DNA from: an uncultured Fibrobacterota bacterium
Lineage (GTDB): Bacteria; Fibrobacterota; Chitinivibrionia; Chitinivibrionales; FEN-1185
Length of the DNA stretch: 64,000 nucleotides
Assembly: GCA_963753345.1 (NCBI GenBank)
Contig: CAVWBU010000026.1
Span: 192,001-256,000, forward strand
Reading direction: 5' to 3'
The position numbers and the translations under genes were made by a program. Below are positions 29,069 to 38,237 of the stretch, in pieces. The notes under the pieces were generated by a model. It searched no databases. It saw nothing but the letters and a program-made list of their open reading frames with translations, and had not been told where the DNA came from. Each line of letters starts with the position of its first letter. Position 1 is the first letter of the stretch.

Positions 29069-30355
29069 TTAAGGATTGCATATCCGCTTCACATTGACAA
29101 CGGCTCCGTCACTGCTGAAAAGCGCCAGATACGGACTCGCGTACTTGATGCGCGGCATATATTCAAACGGCATCTTGTTGCTGAAGGCGAATCGCTGCAG
29201 CAGCCTTCCCCTCATGTCGAATATCTTCAGGTCATCATATACAGGGGAGATATTTCTTGACAATGTAGCAACCGAAACCGACGTTGTCATCGGCGGCGGC
29301 GGTGTCCATGCCCCGTATTGGCCTTTCAGCCATTCCAGCCACCAGCGGATACCGGCATCAGGCATGATCGTGGTGACAACGGGATTAATTTGGGCATCTG
29401 TATAATTCGAATACCCGCCAGGCACCATGAAAGGCCCACCTACAGGCGTTCCCCCGGTAACGCCCGCCCCAGGCCCGCACTGTGCCCAGGTAGAAGCGGT
29501 CCACCACCCGTTGCGGGTGCTGACGCCATTTGTGGTATTATTTTCAAGAGTGGTTTTCATTGTCGCGGTATATAGACCTATGCGGATATAATTGTTTGGA
29601 AAACTAGCATCCTTGCTGTAGGTTGTCCAATACGGGGGATTTGCATCAACCCCTTCGGTCTCCATATATGGTTTTGTAGCATCGTAGGTGCCGAAATGAA
29701 TGTTAATGTCTGCACCGGTTGCGCCGGTTGTATTGCTTGCAATCATGATTTTCCCGGTTGAGAAAGTGTCGGCAGCGTGAGCCGCGGCAATCTGTGTGGT
29801 TGTATTGCATATTCCGGCTGCCGCTGCCATACCTTCATTATCAGGGTCTACAAAGACGTTGAGGTAGGTGTGCTGATGAATCCAATTGAGAACATTGATA
29901 ATGGCTGCATTCGCCTGAGTCTGCTTCCAAGCGCCGAGAGCACTATTGGCCGCGGAGCCGCCCCAATAGAGGCACCCGACCAGCACGATCATTCCCCGCG
30001 CGTCGGCTGCTTCAATGATTCGTTGCATACGCGGCGTATACACCGGGTTAAGGCTGGCATCAGGCAGGAATCCAATGATGTCGCCAAATCGGCTGCCCAT
30101 CCAATAAACACTAAAGGAGTTGATTCCGTAGGATTTGAATGTATCAAGATACATGATCAATGAATCGGTCTTTGCGTCCGACACCAAAGCATTGGATAGG
30201 CGAAGACCGAGGGATTTGAATGCGACATTGTTGATGTAGATTTGGTTTCCCGTTATGGAAAACTTGTATTGCGGTGTGTAGGCATGAGTGCAGAAAGAAA
30301 TGCCGACAACAACGCAGAAGAAAAGAGAGATTCGTGACAGGAAAGTTGAATTCAT
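29069..30355 (-). CDS. Secreted GH-A-like protein, paralog 1
   Basis: GSRFG, IIEAADARGMIVLVGCLYW, DNEG, PYMETEG, tail IFDMRGRLL. Confidence 0.7.
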   Translation of the reverse strand: MNSTFLSRISLFFCVVVGISFCTHAYTPQYKFSITGNQIYINNVAFKSLGLRLSNALVSDAKTDSLIMYLDTFKSYGINSFSVYWMGSRFGDIIGFLPDASLNPVYTPRMQRIIEAADARGMIVLVGCLYWGGSAANSALGAWKQTQANAAIINVLNWIHQHTYLNVFVDPDNEGMAAAAGICNTTTQIAAAHAADTFSTGKIMIASNTTGATGADINIHFGTYDATKPYMETEGVDANPPYWTTYSKDASFPNNYIRIGLYTATMKTTLENNTTNGVSTRNGWWTASTWAQCGPGAGVTGGTPVGGPFMVPGGYSNYTDAQINPVVTTIMPDAGIRWWLEWLKGQYGAWTPPPPMTTSVSVATLSRNISPVYDDLKIFDMRGRLLQRFAFSNKMPFEYMPRIKYASPYLALFSSDGAVVNVKRICNP

Positions 30356-30421
30356 GGGTCCTCCTTGTGGCAGTGTGAGGTCATTAAATCGTATTTAAAT
30401 TTCCTCGGCCTTTTTCTCCTG

Positions 30422-31654
30422 CTATAGCCCCAGGCACCAGTTCACGGCAGCGTCAAATAGCTTCCAGCCGTTTTCATTCAAACTGAGAGCGACTTCCATT
30501 TTTAGCAGCATCCCCACCCTGCGGTCCGGTGCAGGCGTAGCGTCGTAGAGAGGCGCTCCGGCTTCATAACAGAATATGGTTGCCTGGGTCGGCTGGTTCG
30601 GGATAATTGCGACAACCGTCGCTGATGCAGCGGGCGCAGCCCACGGCAGAGCCAGGTTCTGGTTTACAACCGTTACTGTCCCTGAAAAGCCCGCAGCCAG
30701 CGGATGCGATGGCGCGGCGATGGAAATGTTGTCTATGCTGTCCGTGATATTTCCAAAATCAACGCCGGTTGTCGGACCGCAGAGGTCCATGGCATTGAAC
30801 AGAACCGTTTCACAGGCGATAACCGGCTTTTTTAAAACACGCAGCATACCGGTTGCAGAGCTGCTGATCGTTGACGCGAAAAATATTGCATTTATATTCG
30901 CGGTATCTGCAGCGGAAAGGGAATCATCCACCCTGATCACCATGGCAATTCCCCTGGATTCCAGCCGCTGCATGAACAGGGTATCACGTTTGACAAGTGA
31001 CGTATCTTTGGCGACATAGAGCACCCGGTAATTGGCGGTCCGAACAGTGTCGTTGGAGGCAACATGCACATTTCGCGCCGCGATGGAGGATGATTCCGGC
31101 TGTGCGGCGGAACAGAACAGGATTGTGGAGAATATTCCCGCAGGAATGGAATCCATGGTGATTGCCGGGCCGGTTCCGGAAAAAGCGGCGGAAAAGGTGG
31201 TGCCGGTCATGAAGACGAATCCTGACGCAGGACGCAAACTGTCTGCAATGACCACCGTGACGGTCCCAACAGCCTTGAGAAAACCGGCCGGGGCCGGCGT
31301 GGTGTCGTCTTTCCTGACATCAAGGCCGGAAATGAACAAACGTGTCCGTTCTGTAAGGTGAACTGCTTCTATATTGTAAAGGCCTGGATTGGAAACCCTG
31401 AACTTGTAGGCACCCATATCATCGGTCGTGTCAAAAAGAACGGCGCTGCCAGACTGCGGAACAACCGGGTTGTGCTGCACCGGCACAAGCATTACTTGAG
31501 TGTTAGCTGCCGGCGAATTCCCCTGTTCCATGATAGTGCCCCTTACATATCCCACATCGCTGGCCGAACCGCCGGTTGAGGCAACCGGGCTCGTGCCGCA
31601 GGAGAACAATTCCGCCGCGAGACACGGCACAAGTAGGAAAAGAATCCTTTTCAC
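30422..31654 (-). CDS. Lipoprotein with carboxypeptidase-regulatory-like beta domains and a C-terminal alpha/beta domain
   Basis: LFSC lipobox, GGSASDVG, TTDDMGAYKF, HPLAAGFSG..LFDAAVNW; GTGA overlap with the upstream gene. Confidence 0.7.
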   Translation of the reverse strand: MKRILFLLVPCLAAELFSCGTSPVASTGGSASDVGYVRGTIMEQGNSPAANTQVMLVPVQHNPVVPQSGSAVLFDTTDDMGAYKFRVSNPGLYNIEAVHLTERTRLFISGLDVRKDDTTPAPAGFLKAVGTVTVVIADSLRPASGFVFMTGTTFSAAFSGTGPAITMDSIPAGIFSTILFCSAAQPESSSIAARNVHVASNDTVRTANYRVLYVAKDTSLVKRDTLFMQRLESRGIAMVIRVDDSLSAADTANINAIFFASTISSSATGMLRVLKKPVIACETVLFNAMDLCGPTTGVDFGNITDSIDNISIAAPSHPLAAGFSGTVTVVNQNLALPWAAPAASATVVAIIPNQPTQATIFCYEAGAPLYDATPAPDRRVGMLLKMEVALSLNENGWKLFDAAVNWCLGL

Positions 31655-32496
31655 GAAGGCCTGCCTCTCTTTTTGGGTGTCTGTTCCAGAGGGAGAAGCT
31701 GCATGCCGATCGAATGCACTTTCCTGGACGTTCCCCCGTCTTGTGCAATGATATTGACAATCCTTTTGCGCGTGTTGTCAAGTTCGAGTTTTATCCGGCC
31801 GAACGCCTCGTCCGAAAAACTGCCTGTGATGGTCCTCAGATATTGTTTCTCGGCAGGGGTCGAATCCATTATGGTGGAGCTTATTTCCATCATGGATTTG
31901 TGCAGGTTGCGTGCGGCAATGCTGTTAATATCCGATCCTGTGGAGATGATCCGGTCGCTCACCTGGTAAAATCCATCCTGCCCGAGCCTGATGAGCCCGA
32001 GGTCAAGAAGCAGCTTGATGGATTTCTTTGCCTGACGAGGCGTGATTTTGGGAATAATTGCCTTGATAAGACCCCGGTAGTCATCGAGGAATTTGTGGGA
32101 ATGAACGTATTCGCGGATGGCGAGGTTATGCCAGCAGGAAAGATAGTCGAACTGGTCAGTGCGTATCCTTTGTATTTCCGAACGATGTGAGAATCCGGAC
32201 AGCAGTATAAAGTATTTCTGCTTTTCCTGTAGTGTGCGGGCCTGATTGTACCGGACCAGGTTCGAAAAATATTCGGTTTCCTTTATAGATAGCCCGCACG
32301 CTATTGCAAACTTCTTTATCGAATCGGCGGAAAGGTTCTTTTTTCCGTCAATGACATTTTTAAGAAAATTTGGACCCGACATGCCAGCCTTTTTGAGGAA
32401 GAGCCGGTGAGAAAATCCCGGCGTTGTCTGTTTTTGAAAAACATAGAAATCCGCCAGATACTGTCGGTAGTCGGTGTATTCGAAAAGGGCGTTCAT
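31651..32496 (-). CDS. TIGR02147-family protein
   Basis: LFEYTDYRQYLADFY, GKKNLS, WHNLAIRE, MQLLP. Confidence 0.85.
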   Translation of the reverse strand: MNALFEYTDYRQYLADFYVFQKQTTPGFSHRLFLKKAGMSGPNFLKNVIDGKKNLSADSIKKFAIACGLSIKETEYFSNLVRYNQARTLQEKQKYFILLSGFSHRSEIQRIRTDQFDYLSCWHNLAIREYVHSHKFLDDYRGLIKAIIPKITPRQAKKSIKLLLDLGLIRLGQDGFYQVSDRIISTGSDINSIAARNLHKSMMEISSTIMDSTPAEKQYLRTITGSFSDEAFGRIKLELDNTRKRIVNIIAQDGGTSRKVHSIGMQLLPLEQTPKKRGRPS

Positions 32497-32860
32497 GCCT
32501 TATAAGATAACGGAAACTTGGCAAAAAGTCAACTATTTAATAGACTACACAAAAATGAGAGTTTAAAAGTTGTGTATAATTTTAAAGATCAATAAGTTAT
32601 AAGTTCAACAAATTTTAAATTATTTGAGATATAATAGCATAATATGATCAAGTGTAGAGTGATTATAATAAGTGATGAATCAGAAGAATATTCATCGAAT
32701 CCGATTGATTCCTATCGGTCTTCCCATCAAGGTGTGCAGGCTAAATCACATGCAGGTTGTTCAAGAGGGGATGGCGAAAGCGCTGGAGGAAGGAATACAG
32801 AATACAGAATAAAGAAACAGCCGGATATCTCCTATGGGTTGTTATCTCTCAACTTTTCAA

Positions 32861-32990
32861 CAACTCTTCTCTGGTGCCCCCGCACAGGAGTTTGGTTCTA
32901 CAACTACTTCATCAAGGGGTGCACCCAGGAGGGGGTAGCGGAAGACTTTGCGAAGCAAAGGCTGAAGCGAGGGGGAGCCTTCCCCCACAT
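32861..32990 (+). repeat. Module B, copy 3 (no recognisable A upstream)
   Basis: GGTGCCCCCGCA..GGGGTGCACCCAGGAGGGGG..GCGAGGGGGA..TTCCCCCAC. Confidence 0.85.
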
Positions 32991-33017
32991 GAACACTTCT
33001 TCGTATTGCGACCGGTA

Positions 33018-33566
33018 TTATTTCCTCGTGTAGGTCCCCACAAGCTCCCCCGAATCCAGCACGTGGCCCTTCATGGCCTTCTCGATGTCGAGCTTGGTCT
33101 TTCCGGCCGGCGCGGTGAGCATGACGTCAAGGGCGTAGACTTTGAAGAAGTAGCGGTGGGTGCCGCCGGGAGGGCAGGGGCCGCCGTAGCCCGGTTTGTG
33201 GAAATCGGTGGTCCCCTGCTTTCCGCCGCAGGCAAGGCCGTCGGCCGGGGGAATGCCTTCCGCAAGGGAATCCACCGAGGCGGGAATGTCGTAGCATACC
33301 CAGTGCACCCAGGTGCCCATGGGCGCGTCTGGATCGTCGCAGATAAGCACAATGCTTTTCGCCGTTTTGGGAACACCGGTCCAGTGCAGGGGAGGAGAGA
33401 CGTTTTTGCCGTCGCACGTGTACCGGGAGGGGATGGCTTTCATGGAACCGAACGCGGAACTTGACACCGTAATAGTACCCACGGCTGCTCCTTTGTGATC
33501 GCACAGCACGGTCTGGCACAACAGGGCGATAATTCCGAACGCAACACAGCAGGACGCCTGTTTCAT
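33018..33566 (-). CDS. YbhB/YbcL family (PEBP/Raf kinase inhibitor-like) protein
   Basis: SPPL.W, DDPDAP..WVHW, YGGPCPP, HRY.F.VYALD. Confidence 0.93.
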   Translation of the reverse strand: MKQASCCVAFGIIALLCQTVLCDHKGAAVGTITVSSSAFGSMKAIPSRYTCDGKNVSPPLHWTGVPKTAKSIVLICDDPDAPMGTWVHWVCYDIPASVDSLAEGIPPADGLACGGKQGTTDFHKPGYGGPCPPGGTHRYFFKVYALDVMLTAPAGKTKLDIEKAMKGHVLDSGELVGTYTRK

Positions 33567-33682
33567 GGCCCACCTCGACGTTTTGAGGGTCGTGCTACGA
33601 ATAGAAGGCGGAAAAGAAAAACCCTCTTGGCTGAAAAGACAAAAGGGTGAAATGTTCATCCGTAAAGGGGAAAGCAGGCTTT

Positions 33683-33967
33683 CTACTTCCTGCGTTTGCG
33701 CTGCGTCCCGCCGCGGATGATGCGATACACCTGCGACACCGACATCTTGAATTTTCTCGCGAGTTTGGTCCCCGGCGTTCCGGACTTGTAAGCCTTGGCA
33801 ATCTCGGCGTTGCGGTCGGCGTGCTTCTCCGCGAGAGGGCCGATGCCGAACTTGTTACGGATCTGGTGCACGGCCTGCCGTGTGATGCCGAACAGGTTGC
33901 CGATTGCGTCGTCCGTCTTGTACTTTGCCTGCAGTTTAATGAGCTGCTGCTTGGAAATTCTCGCCAT
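33683..33967 (-). CDS. Small basic double-HTH DNA-binding protein
   Basis: IGNLFGITRQAVHQ and LARKFKMSVSQVYRII. Confidence 0.75.
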   Translation of the reverse strand: MARISKQQLIKLQAKYKTDDAIGNLFGITRQAVHQIRNKFGIGPLAEKHADRNAEIAKAYKSGTPGTKLARKFKMSVSQVYRIIRGGTQRKRRK

Positions 33968-34118
33968 GATAAGTGCCCCCTTCGGATGGATACGGCGGTT
34001 TCGCGGTATTAACAGTAAGAGAATATAGCTCTGTGATATTCGCCGGGCAAGAAAATAGTTACGGCAAGGTTTGACAAAAGGACCCGCCTGGCCGCCGGAA
34101 AAAGACCGGCAGCGGCAC

Positions 34119-34691
34119 TCACGGCGCGGCCTCCGGTGCCGCACACGACAGTACCCCGTTGATCTGGTCTTTTGTCAATGCCGCCTTGAGGCTCACGGTC
34201 CAGCCCTTGCCCGTGCGGTGGCCCTGCTTTGCGGTCACGAACGATGCCGCCAGTCCCACGCATCGGGCCAGGGATTCCTCTGAGACCGTGTTCGTATCGG
34301 TGCGGGGCCGCAATTGCTGCACGATTTTCTTTATGGCTGCCCCCCGCGCCGCCTCGCGCGCTTCGTCGAGCGATTCGCGGCCCGCGGTGGCGGTCGCGGA
34401 GACGGACTTGAGCGTCACGGTCCTGCGCGGCAGCGCGTTCCCTGCAGTGTCCGCAAAGTCCCATGTCCTGTCTTCATGGAGCACGATGTTCTTGTCGCCA
34501 TATACGTTCACGGTGGTTTCGCCCGGCAGGGCAGCGGACGTTCCGCCGCCTTTGATGCTCCACGTGTAATCGTCGTGGAGTACGAGCGTGCGGCCGTCCG
34601 AAAGGGTGACATTTTCGTCGGCGGAAGATACGGGCAGCACCGCGGCTGCGACAACAAGGAATGCCGAAATGAAAAAGGACATGATGCGCAT
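34119..34691 (-). CDS. Secreted protein with DUF3157-like repeats
   Basis: VTLSDGRTLVLHDDYTW and IVLHEDRTW; signal peptide. Confidence 0.6.
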   Translation of the reverse strand: MRIMSFFISAFLVVAAAVLPVSSADENVTLSDGRTLVLHDDYTWSIKGGGTSAALPGETTVNVYGDKNIVLHEDRTWDFADTAGNALPRRTVTLKSVSATATAGRESLDEAREAARGAAIKKIVQQLRPRTDTNTVSEESLARCVGLAASFVTAKQGHRTGKGWTVSLKAALTKDQINGVLSCAAPEAAP

Positions 34692-34802
34692 GATCGGCCT
34701 TTCGTGCTTGGGAGATCTATCCAAAGGCGTAAGTCTGCTTCACAAAATAGATTGGTGAATGGGAGGCAGGCAAATTGGCTACTTTTATAAAGAGGGAATA
34801 TT

Positions 34803-34950
34803 GTTGGTGGGGGAGGTGTCCCCCTGGCCCCCGGCTGCCGTCCCGATGGGACGGCGATCCGGGGGCACACCCCCTCGTGGGTAGCCCCCAAGAGAGTTGA
34901 TTTGCAAGAAAGAAACCTCGGCTTCGGGGGCACCAAGAAATAGAGTTGAA
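34803..34950 (-). repeat. Module B, copy 4
   Basis: Reverse-strand match to copies 1 and 6. Confidence 0.9.
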
Positions 34951-35090
34951 AGTTGACGGTTGACAGTTGACAGCAGGAATATAAAGGAAACAATCTACAT
35001 TTCCCCTCTCTACTTGTGGAGAGGGATGGCCGTGACAGCGGCCGGGGTGAGGCGACGGTTTGGCGCGAGAAACACTAATTTACAAAAGAT

Positions 35091-35266
35091 ATTTCCTCTG
35101 CCGCTGCGTTAGGTGGACCGGAGGGTGAGCTAGAGCGAATTGCCGCCTAACCACGGCCCGCAGGGCCCTTGTGGCAGGCGGCAACGAGGCGAATAGCCGA
35201 GCCCGGAGGGAGACCCGACCCCATGCAGAGCCGCATGGCTGTGCGGCTCTGCATGGGGGAACGCCC
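35091..35266 (-). repeat. Module A, copy 5
   Basis: Reverse-strand GGGCGTTCCCC..CCTAACGC. Confidence 0.9.
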
Positions 35267-35404
35267 AACTCTTTGTATTGATTTTCAAGTTATTCTACCA
35301 AGGATGGACATTATTAGCCCTTGTCCTCACCCCTCGCCAAAGGTATAATTGTACTCTCAGGTTCATCTTCTCAATTTACCCTGGTTCAAACCCAAGGAAT
35401 GCCC

Positions 35405-37729
35405 ATGGATTCAAAGTCTTTGTTTACGTTTCTCCGGGAAAAGGTCGAGCTGTTCAAGGATTTTCCGGAAGACAAGCTGAAGGAACTCATCGATGGTTCG
35501 CGTCTGACAACGTTCGAGAACAACGAGGCGGTTATCAAGTTCGGGGAAGAGGGAAGGTTTCTGGGTGTGCTGCTTTCGGGCCAGGCTGAGGCTGCGGTGA
35601 CCGACAACACCGGCCGCAAGGTGCGGCTCAACCTTCTCGAACCGGGCAGCATCTTCGGCGAGATTTCCCTGATGACCGGGAACCAGACCATAGCAAACAT
35701 TATCGGCATACGGCGGTGCGAGGCGCTCCTCGTTCCGCAGCAGCTGTTCTCCACCATGCTTGTCACCCAGCCGTCGGCCATCCGGTACCTTTCGCGCACC
35801 ATGACGACCCGAAGCACGGAGTGGGCGGCCCTGAGCAACCTCGCGGCCGAGGCCGTCCAGAAAAGCGACGACCCCTACGGCCTGCGGCTCTTCACCGAAA
35901 CGCCGTCGAAGTTCCTTGTTGTCAATTGCGGTTCGTCGTCGCTCAAGTATTCGCTGTTCGACACGGCAAACGAGTCGCGCGTGGTGCGCGGCTCGGTGGA
36001 GCGCCTCGGCATGCCTGCCGTTAAGCACACGTGCCGCGTGGGCAACGAGGAAAAGGACGTTGTTGCGCCGCCCGCAGGCGGCGGTCACCGCGAGGCGTTC
36101 CTCGCAATGGTAAACGCGCTTTCGTCAAAGGCCGTTAGTGCCATGGGTGGTCCTGCCGACGTCACGGCCGTGGGCCACCGCGTGGTGCACGGCGGCGACA
36201 AACTCAACACGCCCGTGGTGATAACGGGCGACGTGATCGCGGCCATCGAAGAGGCGTCGTCCATCGCGCCGCTGCACAACCCGGTCAACCTGATCGGCAT
36301 CCGCGAGGCAATGAAGCTGTTCCCGCACGTGCCCCATGTTGCCGTGTTCGACACGGGCTTCCATCACACCCTGCCGCCGTATGCGTACATGTACGGACTG
36401 CCGTACGAGTTTTACAAAGAGAAAAAGATCCGGCGCTACGGTTTTCACGGAACGTCGCATCTGTACGTTTCGCTCAAGGCGGCCGAGTTCCTCAAACGGC
36501 CCTTTTCGGGCCTCGACCTCATCTCCTGCCACCTGGGCAATGGCGCGTCGCTGTGCGCCGTGGACCACGGCCGGAGCGTGGACACGTCAATGGGCTTCAC
36601 GCCGACGCAAGGTTTGCTTATGGGAACGCGCAGCGGCGACCTTGATCCCGGCATCCTGATCCACCTGATGCGCACTGAGAAAATGGGCGCCGATGACCTG
36701 GAAAAGCTCATCAACAACAAAAGCGGATTTCTGGGCGTGTCGGGCATCACCAACGACATGCGCGAAATAGAGATCGCGGCGCAGCAGGGCCATCACCGTG
36801 CCCTCCTGGCATACAAGACGTTCTGCTACCAGATCCGCAAGTACATCGGCGCGTACGTGGCGGCCATGCAGGGGCTCGACGCGGTGATCTTTACAGGCGG
36901 GATAGGCCAGGGGAGCGCAGGCGTGCGGAGCCTTGCCTGCCAGGGTCTGGGCTACATGGGTATCGAGATCGACGAGACAAAAAACCGCAGCATCGACGGA
37001 TTCGCTTCTGTAAACGACATTTCTGCCGACGGCGCCCGTGTGAGGGTGCTCGTGGTCCCCACCGACGAGGAGCGCATGATCGCCCGTGAGACCATCCGCG
37101 CGGTGTCGTCCGGCTACATCGGCGACATCCTCAAGGCGCAGAAGAGCACGCCCGTGCCCATCGAAGTGTCGGCGCACCACGTGCACCTGGCCGCGGAGCA
37201 CGTGGAGGCGCTGTTCGGCAAAGGCAGCACGCTCACGCCCGAGCACGAGCTGTCGCAGCCGGGCCAATTCGCGTGCAAGGAAACGGTCAACCTCGTTGGC
37301 CCCAAGGGACGCGTTGAGCGCGTGCGCGTGCTCGGGCCCGTGCGCAAGGAAACCCAGGTGGAAATCGCCATGACCGAGCAGTTCAAGCTGGGCATCCACC
37401 CGCCCATCCGCGAATCGGGCGACCTGGAAAACACGCCCGGCATCACCATCGAGGGAACGGCCGGCTCGGTCGCCATCCCCAAGGGCGTGATCTGCGCGCT
37501 GCGGCATATCCATATGTCAACCGAGGACGCGCTCAAGTTCGGCCTGCGCGACAAATTCAAGGTGCGCGTGCGCGTGGAAGGGGAGAGGGAATTGGTATTC
37601 GGCGATGTTCTGGTGAGGGTCAATCCGCAATTTAAATTGGCAATGCATATAGATACCGATGAGGGAAACGCGGCGAATATCAAGACGGGCGCGGTGGGGC
37701 ATATTGAGGCGGTACAAACAAGAGATTAG
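35405..37729 (+). CDS. Fusion: cNMP-binding domain + acetate/propionate kinase + PduL-type phosphotransacylase
   Basis: FGEISL (CNB); NCGSSSLK, GHRVVHGG, APLHNP, RRYGFHGTSH, FTGGIG (AckA); SAHHVHL, LSQPGQFA, RVLGP, RHIHM, HIDTDEGNA (PduL). Confidence 0.92.
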   Translation: MDSKSLFTFLREKVELFKDFPEDKLKELIDGSRLTTFENNEAVIKFGEEGRFLGVLLSGQAEAAVTDNTGRKVRLNLLEPGSIFGEISLMTGNQTIANIIGIRRCEALLVPQQLFSTMLVTQPSAIRYLSRTMTTRSTEWAALSNLAAEAVQKSDDPYGLRLFTETPSKFLVVNCGSSSLKYSLFDTANESRVVRGSVERLGMPAVKHTCRVGNEEKDVVAPPAGGGHREAFLAMVNALSSKAVSAMGGPADVTAVGHRVVHGGDKLNTPVVITGDVIAAIEEASSIAPLHNPVNLIGIREAMKLFPHVPHVAVFDTGFHHTLPPYAYMYGLPYEFYKEKKIRRYGFHGTSHLYVSLKAAEFLKRPFSGLDLISCHLGNGASLCAVDHGRSVDTSMGFTPTQGLLMGTRSGDLDPGILIHLMRTEKMGADDLEKLINNKSGFLGVSGITNDMREIEIAAQQGHHRALLAYKTFCYQIRKYIGAYVAAMQGLDAVIFTGGIGQGSAGVRSLACQGLGYMGIEIDETKNRSIDGFASVNDISADGARVRVLVVPTDEERMIARETIRAVSSGYIGDILKAQKSTPVPIEVSAHHVHLAAEHVEALFGKGSTLTPEHELSQPGQFACKETVNLVGPKGRVERVRVLGPVRKETQVEIAMTEQFKLGIHPPIRESGDLENTPGITIEGTAGSVAIPKGVICALRHIHMSTEDALKFGLRDKFKVRVRVEGERELVFGDVLVRVNPQFKLAMHIDTDEGNAANIKTGAVGHIEAVQTRD

Positions 37730-37762
37730 ATATATAATTATCTCAAGTCAAGAAGAATGTCT

Positions 37763-37937
37763 GGGCGTTCCCCCTTGTAGAGGCACACGGCCGTGCGCCT
37801 CTACAAGGGGTCGGCCCTCCTTCCGGTCTCGGCCTTCGGCCTCGGGCCGCCTGCCACGAGGGCCCTGCGGGCCGTGGTCAGGCAGCACCGCGTTCTAACG
37901 CGGCCTCCAGTCCTGCCTAACGCGCGGCAGTGGAAAT
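37763..37937 (+). repeat. Module A, copy 6
   Basis: First arm holds GTAGAGGCACACGGCCGTGCGCCTCTAC. Confidence 0.9.
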
Positions 37938-38040
37938 CTATTTAGTCAAATATTTATTCTCGCGCCAATCGATATTCAAAACACGCATACGTAAACGCGT
38001 CTACGCGTGTACCTGCCAAATTCTCAACTTCTCAACATCT

Positions 38041-38205
38041 CAACTACTCTTCGTGGGTGCCCCCGCACAGGTGCATGGTTCTGCAACTGCTTCTACTTGG
38101 GGTGCACCCAGGAGGGGGTAGCGGAAGCCCGGCACGCGTGTGATCTCAAGAGTCAATATCGTGCCGCGTGCCGGGCTGGAGCGAGGGGGAAACTTCCCCC
38201 ACATG
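38041..38205 (+). repeat. Module B, copy 5
   Basis: Close to copy 3, with a longer variable arm. Confidence 0.9.
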
Positions 38206-38237
38206 AATATTATAAAACGATGCTTGACAAATAACTT

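Noticed and set aside
38041-38205. Group II intron domains V/VI in module B
   Set aside because: The terminal GGGGG..CCCCC hairpin is superficially similar, but no domain V consensus (GAGCCG..GAAA..GTACGGTTC) or RT ORF was seen.
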